A stretch of 63,206 nt of DNA, counting the filler, from Sphacelaria rigidula (taxonomy: Eukaryota), in the NCBI GenBank assembly GCA_964200075.2. It is 9 parts of 9 records of this genome, joined end to end, with 100 filler letters (N's around TTAATTAATTAA, not from the genome) between each part and the next. Parts side by side here need not be neighbours in the genome. Positions count along the whole stretch, not along the records: positions 1 to 6,935 come from CAXNAA020017337.1; positions 7,036 to 13,970 come from CAXNAA020017338.1; 7 more parts are not named here. One strand, written 5' to 3'. The notes beneath the pieces are model-generated. The model made no database searches. It was not told where the DNA came from and saw only the letters and a list, made by a program, of their open reading frames with translations. Positions 1 to 12,850 of the stretch are shown in pieces. How positions within the stretch are numbered: the stretch's first letter is position 1; every line of letters starts with the position of its first letter. The position numbers and the translations under genes were made by a program.

Positions 1-3000
1 TATTCTGTGGTATCGCCACTTCCAGAGACAGCCACGGCTTTTACACTGCCTCATGGGTGTATAACCAATACCCAGGCGGAGGGGGAGGGCGGAGGAGGCA
101 GGGGGTGTACTCATGATCATGCATGCCGTAGATATTTGACCACTGAACTCGCATCCCTACAAAGCCGGGACGGAGCACGCCGGGTTTTCACCGGACCAGG
201 CTCGCAATCCATTCCACCTTTCTGCTTTCTTCACTCGGGCGCGTCGATCATATGACCACGACTGAATCCCTGGGCAATCAGTGCATGTGCGAAATCAATC
301 AATGCAAGCGCTCTCTACATGAGAAAACGGCCGATTAGGAGCTCGATCTGATGAATGAACCCTACATATCTACGAGTGCATACAGTCTACACGAGCGGGT
401 TGTTGCAAAGGCGGATGAAGGATCCGTGTATAATAATACCCGTCACCGCAGTAAAGAACAATGGCGAAGTTACCGAAAAGCTACAGGGAACGCGTGAAAG
501 TTGGCAACGTGCCGACGACAACAGCCTGTGTATTACAGTCTTTTCCATTCATGTGGCGATTGAATCCACAACATTTTTTCGTTAATGGCCCCCTCGCCGG
601 TACGCTGCTCGCATCATTTTGTACAGTTGTGTTTGAGTTCCAGAGCGGATCCCCGTTTATAGTCCGTTCATCTGTAGGCGTGGTAGTTATCTCACATGTA
701 CATCATTGATTGCGGGAAAATTCAACAAATTCCGAGGGAGTCAGACCCGAGAGGATACGACGGTACTGGAACGTCCTCGGATTTTCCTAGGAAGCTTGAA
801 GCTTGAAGAATGCATGCTTTTTCCAGGAACCCCGAATAGAGAAAATTGTTCGACGGGAGTGCGGTACAGACAGTAGTATCGCACAAAAAATGTCCATTAT
901 ATAGAGTAGATCAGATCGTAGTCCCCGACAAAGAATCAGCTGTGCCAACGAGGCATAATTGATGCGATGAAGGAGAAAAAGCGATCGCGGAATGTACACG
1001 ACAGAGCCTCAGTTCTTCATGGCTGGCTCAGAATCATCTCCACCTTTATGATGTCACAAACACGTCAACGCCGCCAGCTGCCCCAGACTAGGGCACGAGG
1101 TGTATCTAATATTATTTTGTATAGAACAAAAGATGAACAAGGGTGCGCTACGGAAGGACTACAGTGGTATAATAAACGGAATCGCATGCCCGCAGTTTAT
1201 TGCAGATGACAATCACGATACGTACAAGGAGGCACCACTACTCCATCGTGCATCCCTCCCTATGCTTTGCTTGCACTGAGTGTACCGATTGTGCCGGACT
1301 GGACTGGACTCTGACGCCGCGAATCGCGATCGCAAAATTCAAACGCATGGAAAGCTATTCGAAAAAATGCGGAACCACCGAATGTTTACACTGGAACTGG
1401 AGTACCGTACCCGTACAACAATACTACTGTGTGTATAGGACTGACCAGCTGAGTTCATATTGCCCTGTCTGCTGATAAAACTACGCCACGATCGTCTTGC
1501 CGCATTCGCGTGCGAAACCAGTGCGTACCCTCGCCGGCCCTGACACTTAATCACGAGCGCACTTGAATAGCATAGCTCTTCAATACGTTGGCTTCCGTGC
1601 CAGATGGATGTATCCAGCGCAAAAATCAATCCTCGCAATACGACGGAGCGAAACAGCAGCACAGGCAAAAGCCAGCGCCACATTGGCTATCCATGGCACA
1701 GCTATACTCGTGGAGAGCCATAGTAATTACAGTATGGGGAACAACCCTGGGAAATCGATACCTACTGTTAAAGATTTTAGTTTTGAGAAGATGCGAAAAA
1801 GAAACGGTCAGGACTCTTCCCAGCCCCTCCCACCCGCCTTTCCTCTCACCTTATCCCATTCCAAAATCAGCACAATCGACGAAGATAGCAAAAGTGTAGC
1901 GAACACAAACCACGACCCCTTGCCGCTCTCCACACGCGCCATGCCTCCTCGTACCCCCGCCGTCCCGCGAGATAAATATACCACCCAAGGACAATAGCTC
2001 CGCAAACCGTCCCACAGTACAGAAGTGGTTGGCTCTATTACAGTAAAAAGTCTACACCTGATGATGCTGGTCAACGGCAAGTAGTAGCACAAGTACACAT
2101 GTATTTCGGCAGAGGTGCGGAATCGCGGTGAGTGTGGGTGTCTGATATGGACGATGCTTACCTTCATGTCACTGGAACTGGGTGGTGGTTCGTATGGTAC
2201 ACTGCTATCAATGCACCGTACTGACTGTACTGTAACGTTGTACGGTTCCATGCGACTGCAATCATTAATACCTCGATCCCTTCATTTTACTCTTCTCTAC
2301 GATCTCTTGTTGGTAGAATATTAAAAATAAAAATACCGGTCGTGCACCAAGTACCGAGTCACTTACCGTCTTCTCGACGATGATGCAAGGACTCAATGCA
2401 ATACTGGAGGGTACCAGGTAGACAAATTTCCTTCTCAAGGCTTGTATAGTACCCGGGAATAAGATGTAGCACGTGCGGTATCCGCCTGCCTGGCTTGCGC
2501 GAGTCGAAAGAGTTGTATGTCGACTTGTAGAAGGAAAAAAAAAAGCCTAAGAATATTCTACTTTTTCGTCGTAATACCAGGTTGTCAGACCCGCAGCCGA
2601 AGGACTGCTGCTCCACGCAAATCGCGAAAAACCATATTGCTCAAATTCGGTAGGTCAGTTGTTGCGGTATTCGCCCCTAGATTTCTCTCGAATATATGAG
2701 AAAAACTAATAGAAACATATTTTTAACGTTGTCACAAACAGGGCCGCTCAAGTCTGACAATGATGTTCAAACATAGACGCGCGCATCACGACTGTTCCGT
2801 TTCATGCATGCGTCATTATCTATGATCTTTTTCACTCTGCTGATGTATCCTTGATGTATCCAGTGTGTGTTGTGTTGTCGTCCCATCTATTCTGGGCACC
2901 AGTCTACAGTATCCAGTATCCAGTGTTTTCGTCGTTTGACTGACTGCCATTAGTGGTGCACAACAATGTATGGCGATTTCAGATTTGTCAGGTCCATGCT

Positions 3001-3554
3001 ACCTTGTCGATAAGCTAAACACTCGTACTGTATAGATGACAATTATCCAGCGGAGGTGTCATTTCGGTGATGTCACCGAACGTCAAGATCATAGTAAGTT
3101 AGGCTTTTCTGAAAGAAGACGACATTCCAAACACCCAGGACAATCAGTGCCTATACTCCTTCACAGCTTCAAATCTTCTGTTCGCGTGTTGCGTCAGGTT
3201 CAAATTTTCTGCCCAGGCACGGTACTGTCTGTGGTACAAGCGAGCGCACGCTGCCACTGGCAACAAACAATCCTAATGCAAATGGAACAGAATACATTTT
3301 TGGAGAATAATGAACGCCCTGTTACCATCCCTCCGCCATCATCTTGCCGTCATCCAGCCCATCACTCACCCTGTATGCAGACGCCGGCAGTAAGAACAAA
3401 GGAGTATGACGCTTGTCAACGCGACAGGTACAAAAAAACTATTCCGTAAATGCCGTGACACCAAAAGGGCGAGACAAACTCCGCCGTCCCGGTTTCGCCA
3501 GGTCGAAGGTGGCAAAACGTTCGCATCGTATGTACCAGCGGCGGGTGGGGAAAT

Positions 3555-4310
3555 ATGAAGCTCTATCAAACTCCACCACACCGAGGAAACAAGTACACTG
3601 CGGTTGTTGCGGTCACGGTGGTGGTGACTGCTGTGCTCTTTGCCATCACCGCTATTTTACTGGTGACCGAAGATGCAGCTAGTGGGATAAGTCGGCAACG
3701 AAACCATGTAACCAACCAGCCAGATCAACATCGTTTGCAGCTGCGCGGAGATGCGGCTTCTGGCAACCCAGATGGAGAAGGGGAAGGATGGACGGGGAAC
3801 ACGAGGGGAAAATCAATATCTCGGGCATTCCATCGGTTGCTCGCCTATACGACTACTACCTTGGGCACAGATCAGGACTCAGAACAAAGCAAAGTTGTCC
3901 CGAACTTCACAGATGATGAGGACGAATCCCAGATGTTCCCACTGGAACAGCAAGAACACTCTCGTGAGCAACACCACCACCATGCATGGCATAAGCCCCT
4001 GCATCCTATCAATGGCTGGGATATCGCCGGCGTATCTCTCGCTTGCGTCGGGCTCATGATCGCGGCGGCGGGGGGCATAGGGGGGGGTGGTATTTTAGTG
4101 CCTCTGTATATTCTGGTGCTTCAATTTCACCCTAAGCACGCTATCCCTCTCTCCAACATCACTATCTTCGGAGGTGCGATCACCAATACAGTACTCAACA
4201 TGAGCAAGAGGCATCCGGATGCAGATAGACCGTTAGTGGACTGGGACTTGATTCTCGTCATGGAGCCGCTCACTATTGGTGGCGCGCTGATCGGTAGTTT
4301 CATCAACAAG
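3555..4310 (+). CDS. TauE/SafE (TSUP, sulfite exporter-like) membrane protein, probable first exon; gene incomplete
   Basis: ORF with an N-terminal hydrophobic segment, then family-typical motifs AAAGGIGGGGILVP, HAIPLSNITIFGGAI and HPDADRPLVDWDLILVMEPLTIGGALIGS. Ends AAG|GTGGGG, a phase-0 donor at 4311. Confidence 0.88.
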
Positions 4311-6935
4311 GTGGGGGTTTGACAGCATAACATTAACATTGCTACCGCTCAGGAGTACAACACAGCTGGTTCACGTGAAAAGCTTGGCTTCTCCGTGCCG
4401 GCCGACGCCCTAGAAGATATATGTAAGGCTGTATCCAAAATAGTGTCGAAATGCCGAGCCCCAAGAACCCATGGTTGTCGGGTAGGCGATGCATGCCTGC
4501 GTGGCTATGCCGAGCTGTGTGAGAAGAAATAATGTTGCCATTTCCTTCTCCGAGTAGTTGCTATGGTGATGATTGCAGCGGTTAACGGCGGCAAAGTCTG
4601 AGATTTTCCTCATTTCGTGCCTGGGTGTTGCTCTGGAAGGAGAGGGGTCCCGAACTCAGTAGCGGCGACGGGTACGATCACACTCTTGGGTTCATAATCT
4701 TCGGCTGTAGAAGGAGTTGGCGTGACTGAGCGTTTCGGTGAAGAAAGTAGTCGTGCGTCCTATTCATGTACTGCACTGTGAATAACACCTGCCTGGTTTC
4801 TATCGGGGTTCTCTGGATAGACAGACTCATGGTATCTTCCGTGTGTAGATCCGCTTGAAGGCGCATGGCGGGTGCTGTTTTTTCTTGCATACACAGCGAA
4901 TACCTAGTAGGGTGGCAACCAGGCCGCGCATAGTAGAGTTCAAAGCTGTCCTACAATACATACGCATATGTACGCGGCGTACGGTCTAGTCCACATTATT
5001 GATACGTTGTATGGCACTTCTACGTGAGATACACCCCAGGATAATGAATTTTCGACTATATTCGACATCATACCGGTAACTACAATGCTGTACCTGGTGT
5101 GATCGCCACTTCCGTCTACCCGACCCGCATGCGAATGACCCGGGCCCGTCATCGCGCACCTGTCAACCTCGGGACTGTCACGACCTGAGCCTCACGTTCA
5201 CTACCCACCCCCTTGAAATTCAACAATGATCGTCGCGGTGGTATACACCGTACGCTGTAATACGTTCCCGGCTAGTTAGTCACACAGCATCCCTGTGTGC
5301 CAGTTGCGCGCCAGGTTTTTGGCATGGTTTTCAATACCCCCCAGACACAACGAGGTTTGTGGCATTCAAAGTCTGCAACATGTAAATAATCACGATGCCA
5401 GCCAGTTCCGGTACTCATCAGTCGTGTGAGATGATTATTGTGACATCCTCCAAGAACTCTGACGCAAGTGTACCTACACATCACAGCGCGCAAATCGGCG
5501 ACGCATATGTTTTCCAAGCTGGCGCAGAAGATGCACCTACGGGACAAACCTGATGGACATCATCCATTTTAGCTTGATCGAACGCGATGACACAAACTTT
5601 GCGTTGTACTCACCACTCGTGCATGCTAACTTGAGTCAAAATTTACTCTGGTCAAAAGGCGTCGCTGACGACCCAAATCATGCACCCCCCGTGTACGTAT
5701 TTCATTGTGCGAGATGGCCTCTTTCTCGCGTTTTAAAGTCGATATCACTGATAAAGTTGATGTCATCGATACAGTCAACACAATTAAGCTACAATAATTG
5801 TAGTCTAAAGTCGAGACAAATTTTCCAGAGTACGAACTGCGTCAACCTGAAAGCTCACACTTCTCGAGCACACAATATTTTTTTCAGTTTCAGAATTAAC
5901 CTGGTGTAAGTTTATCCCTATGACATGCAGACCAACCTGCTGATGCACGCTCTGACGCCAACAACAAAAAGTACTGCATAGTATGTGACCAGCACGATGA
6001 AACCAGATACTGCGAGAACATGTATCTGTCGGAATTCGAACTCTTGACTGTCTGCCCTTGTGAAAGTCTCTTATACAATCGATTGAAGTGCGACAATCAA
6101 TGAATCAATCAAAACCAAAATCAAGTAAACAGCGAGATGCAATGATTTGACATACAAAATGGATGCACAGCCCATTTTGGGGAGTTTAGGGGTCGAAATT
6201 GTACGCGAAAAAAAAAAAGCTGCGGTGCCAAAAATATCAATATATAGAGTTGTTGAGTTATGACATTTCAGATTGTTGTCATCATCTCAAACCGGCTCTA
6301 ATTTCCTGACGGTTTTGTTCTTTCGGCTTCCGCAGTACGTTTTTGCGTCTTGATGAAAACCTTGTGTCAAAGGTTCGGCTTTTGACTCTTGAAAAAAGGT
6401 CGTGCACAGCTGCTGAAGCGCCAAAAAGTGCTTCAAGCTGGTGGTCCAGTTTGTAGGCAGCTTCAAATTCTGTCGAGCTTTTTGTAGGTGTGCTGCTTGT
6501 GAAATGCATGTAAAGACGGTGATGAGATGCGTTTAAGCCGCCACACCTTTTTATGTGGGTTTTTCATCATGTCGAGATCAAGTATGAAAATATTCGGTAC
6601 AGTGAAACACAACGAAGCACCAGAGAGTTTTGCATTCCATGCCATCCTATGGCCATCCAGAAAATGAAGTAGGTTCTTCATATACAGTCTGCGCTGGAGA
6701 GGAGAATCGACTATGTCCTCCAACCTGGATCATGTCGTTTCATCACCGACATGGACGTAAATGTTAACCCCCTAGATTGCTCATGATCTCCAGCTGTGTT
6801 GATTCATCGTGTGGCAGCACAGCAGGTCCTCATGACAGCATGATGCGAGCCTTCATGGGCGTGACAACCTTGCACGGTTAGGACAAATCATCACGACTCA
6901 AAATCACCAAATTCACGATTTCTTCGGCCTGATTG

Positions 6936-7035
6936 NNNNNNNNNNNNNNNNNNNNNNNNNNNNNNNNNNNNNNNNNNNNTTAATTAATTAANNNNNNNNN
7001 NNNNNNNNNNNNNNNNNNNNNNNNNNNNNNNNNNN
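6936..7035. other. Artificial contig-joining spacer N44-TTAATTAATTAA-N44 (first of 8; others at 13971-14070, 21006-21105, 28040-28139, 35074-35173, 42108-42207, 49141-49240, 56174-56273)
   Basis: Identical 100-bp spacers with a palindromic six-frame stop linker. The segments they delimit are 6935, 6935, 6935, 6934, 6934, 6934, 6933, 6933 and 6933 bp, i.e. size-sorted. Confidence 0.97.
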
Positions 7036-7161
7036 CGACTAAGGCAAGCAACGAATGAGTACGCCCCCCCCCTCTCCCCGAGAAATAAGAAACATGGTCG
7101 TTGTGTAGGAGTGCGCGTCGAATAAGAAATCCCCACTTTCCTATCCTTCATGATGACACAC

Positions 7162-7205
<44 letters not shown>

Positions 7206-8893
7206 AATTTTGTTATTTTTTGTCGGGAGGAGGCTGGTGTGCTTGGGGGAATTTCGATCCCCCCCCACACACACACCCTTCCCTCCCTCCCCCCTCTGAT
7301 ACGCGGTGGTGCGGACTAATAATGTCACGTTATTCTGCACGCTGGAAGAAGCACGCAGATAATGAAGTTGCCGTTGGAGTCGTACAGTACGGAGACAGTA
7401 TTCAGAAAGCGAACAGTTCACGCACTGAACAAGTGAAAGTTCGATGGTTCAATAGTCAAACTGATCTTCCTGATTAAAAGATATGCGGTTCGAGTCCCGA
7501 CATGTCCGATCGTGGAAGGAAAATTTGGTATATGTACAGTGAAGCTTGCGAGGGGCACGGGGCCCCGGAGAGCACTGATGTGTCATGCCGGGAGGACCAC
7601 ACAGCACATCGTTTGTTCAGGAAGCGAACAGTTTACCCGTCAAACCAGTGAGCGGAGGAAGCGAACACTTTACCCATTGAACAGAGAGACGCCACCGTTG
7701 GGGCATGGTTGCTGCTACAAGTAAACCAAGAGGGGGGGGGGGGTAACGAAGTCCCGAAGGGTGGTAACCCCCGATGTTCGCCACACAGAGCTTTCGGCTG
7801 AGTGGAGCCACCTTGGCTTCTGTTGTGCCAACCGTAGGGCCTGTTTTCTTGCTCGTTGCCCTTCTCTGTCTCGGTTCTCGCGCATGAGGTTTGTGTGTTT
7901 GTTATTCGTTGCTGGGTAGCTTTTGTGCAGCGAGCGAATGGTCGTCGAGAGCCTGAAATATTAAGAAAGCGAGTCAATTGTAGAAAATCAGCAGGACCCT
8001 GCAGTTTTCAAAAACAGGAAACTCATCATCGGATAAAATACTGACGTACGCTGGTGCTTGCTATAAAAATGAGAGCTGGTTTACCCCCAAAGTGGTGTTC
8101 CTTATCTCCGAGCCGCAACCGTACACACGGCAAAAGTCAGATATGCAAACCCGTAAAGTGCGTCTCCCCACAACTAGTCAAGCTCCGCAAATCAGGTTTG
8201 ACGAAGTTTGAGGGGACACCCTAAGCACACGAGTTCAACCGCTTGAAAGGCTGGCATTGGCGGCCCAAAGATGTGCCCAGACGCATGAGAATCAGAGATA
8301 GACATGCCTAGCGTGAAACAAACATATCAAAAGCACACATCAGCCTTCTCTGACGAAGATCACACGATTTCCACTGCGCGTTCCTCCTCAACGTTTGCTA
8401 CACAAAAATAGATATTTTCAATCGCTCAAAGTGCAGTGGCACTTTCACGGTCAACAGGGCTACTGCATGGGCGCTGGGGTATATAACTTAGAGGCTCGAG
8501 GATAAATTGGCGACCCATGGGCGGCGGGGCATCCTCCGCTGCGGCCGAGCAGATGGAGGAAATTATGGCTTACTCTGTCTTATTGGGCAGGACAATAACC
8601 TGTATGAGCTTTCCAGGTAATGAGCGATATTTCCGGCACTATACGTGCAATACGTAGCCAGATACGTTATGAATATGAACGTCGCACCCCGGTGATCTGC
8701 TTAGTACATTAAAAATAGCAAGATAGCGCGGCACGCTAGGGCTTTGGATTTCGACATAGACTTTCTTTATTACCAGATCATGGTTTCCGCATCGAGAACG
8801 TGAGGACGTGCGTAGCACAAGATGAAATAACGAGAGTCGACGCGGTGCGGGAGTGCTGATCCATCCGCGATATCAAAATGTCGAACGTGTACT

Positions 8894-9423
8894 GGGGGGT
8901 GGGTGGGGGGAGGTAGGGGGGTTACTCATAACCTTGCATGCCGTAGTCATATGACCGTTGACCTCGCATCCCTGCAGCCGGAACGGAGCACGCCGGGTTT
9001 CCGCTGGACCAGGCTCGCAACCAATCACCAAGCGCGAAGCGCCGTGGTGTGCTCGGCGAGTCGCATGAAGGGTGAGCTGCATCCTGCAAAGATTGTTCGG
9101 CCCGAAGCCTACTGATCATCTTCCATTCTGATGACAGTCTCCAATGAACTGCTTCATTTGCTGGTATCGCCACTTCCAGAGACAGCCACGGCTCATACAC
9201 TGCCTCACGGGTGCCTCACCATTTAAACACTACGTAGTATCATCATCCCCTTCGCGGGGAGCTGAGCTTCTCCCACCCCGCACAACATGATCTAGTTCTA
9301 TCACCATCATGGTTACCGCAAAAAAAAGCGCAACAGCGCAAAACCAATCGGGAACCTGGTTGCCTAGCTTACGCAGTGAGTGGCGTGTTTTACAGCGTCA
9401 TCACCAACCGACGCCAACCCCAT
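8894..9423 (-). mobile_element. Full-length copy of a ~500-bp SINE-like dispersed repeat (family A)
   Basis: Homologous copies at 8-60, 101-210, 9446-9495, 20649-21005, 35174-35355, 48903-48967, 55049-55279, 55685-55952 and 62907-63206. Two copies share the 5' start ATGGGGTTGGCGTC (9423 and 20682), and the 3' end lies in a C tract. Confidence 0.8.
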
Positions 9424-10365
9424 AGGGGGCCCCAGAGCGGGTTCGCCCCTACAAAGCCGGGACGGAGCACGCCGGGTTTTCGCCGAACCAGGCTAATAGC
9501 ATGTACTGGAGGAGAGATGAATCGATCCCGTGATACTACGAACCCCTCTCGAGAAGGGGAAGATACGAAAAATATAAGTACCATTGAAAAAATACCCGCG
9601 GTGAAAAGAAAACCTTAAGGTGTACGCTGCAACATTCCCGTTGTTGTTTTAGTTAACTCACAATGTAAGAAGAAACTTCCACGCAACTGCCAACTTCACC
9701 ATAACATGGGCGTTGACAACTGTATTTCGATGTATGTATCAAGGCGCTTGGCACGGTCACTCGTGTAGCTTCCTTCCGACATCGCGCACGCTCCTCAGTC
9801 ATCACGTTTGTTTACTACCAGTATGTGCGGCTGTGTTCATTCAAACTCTGACCGTGCGTGAACATGTATCACATAAAAGTCACGAGGGTGTTCTGGTGTT
9901 CGCGGAGCTCGAGTGCCTGTAGACCCAGGATGAGTGTAACGACGGTGTTCTTGCTTCCATTTCTCCGCAGTAAACAACTATATTCGTTGCTCGCTGGCGT
10001 ACCGCATCTGTGCCTGTTTAAATGCACTATTACCGGGGTACATTATATCTTCAGCGCTTCTGGAATACTGCATGGCGAGACACGCATTCCGCTGCTGCAT
10101 GCTTGACAAGTGTATTTGTTGGAGTCATCCCACTGCGGTGGGAGGTCGATTGTTGGCCGTGACGACGCGTTCATGGGAGTGACGTATAACAGCACGCCTT
10201 GTATGTTCATTTTCTCGGCATTTAGCGTCGTCAAGCAATCGACAGATTGCTGGATATCAACATTAAGACAAGTTGGGTCGACCCCGTCCTTTTGTGGGGT
10301 GACTCTCTGGCAGTACATACATGTTCATGGTGTGACGTCCCGGTTGATTCGAGAACATTGCAGGC

Positions 10366-12850
10366 ATGCACAGCATAAAGGAGTTCAACCTACAGCCCAG
10401 CGAAGACAACGGAAAAACTCACAGGAGGAACAGGGAGTCGTGTGAATCGGCAGCGAGTAACGAAAGCAGCGAGGGTCCCCCGCCTCTCATCCGTGCAGAT
10501 CTCGCGGACAAGTTCACTATACACGTGGATGGGGAAGTGATCATCCTTGATGACGTTAACAATCAGGTAATGCTGTTCGCTGCTACGGGTGAAGTGTACC
10601 ACTGATACGAATACGACTAGTGGTGGGTTTGCTTTTTTGGCAGCGCGCGACTGTACACTCTGAGGCAGAAGGATATCATAGGCTGGCAAGTGCGACCTAG
10701 TTGGTAATTCTATAAAGACAGGTTGCAGCGAACGCTGAGCCGGCATAACCGCCTACAGCAAAGCCAAAACCCACCTCCGGATCACGTACCCTCGAGTTCC
10801 CGTATCCGCTTTTGAACCCGTATGGTCCAGAACGAGGACGGATGGACGCCGCTGCACGCCTGCTGCCACAGCAACACAACCGCCAAGATCGGCCTCAAGA
10901 TTCTCGAGGTACAAAACATACGTAACAAGGGAAATAAGGACCCTAAATTTGCCAACAATCACTGTCGCCTGGGGAAGGACGCCACTACGGGTTCTCCTCA
11001 ACGTACAGCGATGCAGGTGGTGACACTTCTTGATTTTCACTCTGAGGGCGAAGAGCCGGTATGCCTCGCAACAGATGTAAGCACTGCGATCTTCGAAACT
11101 GTTGGGTTAAAATGACCTGTCGTGAATGACGAGGGCGTCGTAGCAGCCGGTAGTCCCCGACACCCTCCTCACCTATCCCTGTGCTGCACCCGTCCCCAGG
11201 AAATGGTAGCTCTGGGTGGCGATCTCAATCCGAAAACCAGCAGGGGCCCCGGGAGCTTCAATTCGGGATTCACGCCGTTGCATATGGCCAGCGCTTACGG
11301 GTGTGTTGACCAGAGATTACTTGACGAGGTTCGGGTGACGCATTGACCAGCAACGATCGCAGGGTGTGCCATTATGTCGTAGAGGGCGTGTACTCGACAG
11401 ATATGGCATTCTTACCCCGCGTGCGGCGGAATTTCAACGAGTGCTCCGGAATCAAATCGCGAGAGATATACGGCACCAGCCTACGGTTTCCGTTATCGGC
11501 AGGGTCGTTCAAGTGTTGAGCAGTGGTCGTGTGGGTTCGGTCGACGTTGAAAACACACGTTCTCCTGGCGATCACCACTTTCCATCGAACGATTTAGTCG
11601 CCCACCCCAGCGTAAGAGATTATTGTTACCAGACCTGCTCTATGAGTGAGTGACAATGCCTGCAGGGAAGGGTCGTTCACGGTTCATCTCGGATTACCGT
11701 TGTTCGATCGTGATGTATCGGATGCGTTTTTGTTCCAGGGTGGTAGACCTGGTGAAGGCCCTGCTCAAGGCGGGCGCCGACCCCAACAGCAGGAATAGCT
11801 TCGATTGGAGTCCACTCTTGGTAAGACCGAGGTGGTTCGTCGGAAGAGACGCTCCGTAAGTTTGATTGCCCTCGTTTTAGGTTGGGACGGGACACCCTCG
11901 ACACGGTCGCATCATCATGATCATAGCGGTACGCGTACCCTGTGTTCAATGAATCCAGAGGCGCGCGCGAAGCACTCGTTCATTGGCAGCAAACACTAGA
12001 AAACTCTGTGCAGAGATAGAGCTGAAACGCAGTTGGCTCAGACAATTCCCTGAACTTCTCTTGGACGTGGTACCCACAGCACAGTCATTGTCCCATTGCT
12101 ATTTTTTGTCATCTCTTGCATAAGATCAAAAGCACAGTGCATGATCAATCAAGGCTTTGCGAAATGTTGAAACTACCCGCGCTCTACTCAACCCAAGTTC
12201 ATCCATCTCCGACCATACTGACACATTTATATCGATGGTACCAAGCAGGAAGTATGCCACAGGGGGTTCTCAAGCATCGTCACGGCGCTCGTGCACGCGG
12301 GGAGCGACGTTTCCCATGTTCCGTCGGTTGAAGCCTGTTCGGGGGGTCATATTATGAGGGGTGCGCCGCAGTCAGCCCTGGGAGAAGCTGCGCGAGGGGG
12401 ATTCAAGACGGTGAGGGCGGCGGTGGGCAGCGGCGGCGGGGGGAGGTTCGAATGACACAGCATGTTGAATTTGGAGTGAACTTGGCGACAAGCATGTTGA
12501 GTTCTAGGGTCCTCACCCTCCTGAAAAACTAGGGGTAGTGGGTTCGGTGGTTCCTATTGGAGAGATCGGCACGCATATAGATTCTTGCCCAACCAGTATG
12601 ACAGCGCTCGACTGTCGACTTCCAATTCTGGTGCATGTACCAGATATTTTTCTCAAGGGCGGCACTGCTGCTTCACCGCACACAAAAATGATCTACGTTG
12701 CAGATCTGCAAGTTTCTCTTGGACTCTGGCAGCGACAAGGATCAAGCGAATCACCTAGGCTGGACACCGCTCCATGAGGCCTGCTACTTCAACCACCTCG
12801 ACACCGTGCAGCTCTTGCTGGTGCATGGAGCTGATCCACTCGCCAAAAAT
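10366..12850 (+). CDS. Ankyrin-repeat protein, partial multi-exon gene
   Basis: Phase-compatible AG/GT-bounded exons: 10364 or 10366-10566 (..DVNNQ), 10831-10908 (NEDGWTPLHACC), 11200-11300 (GFTPLHMASAYG), 11739-11820 (LLKAGADPN..WSPLL), 12249-12410 (EVCHRGFSSIVTALVHAG..SALGEAARGG; absent from the ORF track), 12704-12850 (GWTPLHEACYFNHLDTVQLLLVHGADP). Downstream exons not located. Confidence 0.9.

Noticed and set aside
2100-2490. Two minus-strand segments ending in GTAAG donors (~2366 and ~2161)
   Set aside because: I could not join them in a consistent open frame or recognise a product.
6282-6900. Possible decayed transposase or other ORF on the minus strand (similar cases at 13440-13900 and 61400-62040)
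   Set aside because: Multiple stops and no diagnostic motif recognised; a translated homology search is needed.
6980-6991. TTAATTAATTAA recurring every ~7034 bp as a possible biological periodic element or array
   Set aside because: It always sits in the same N44/N44 context and is an assembly linker.
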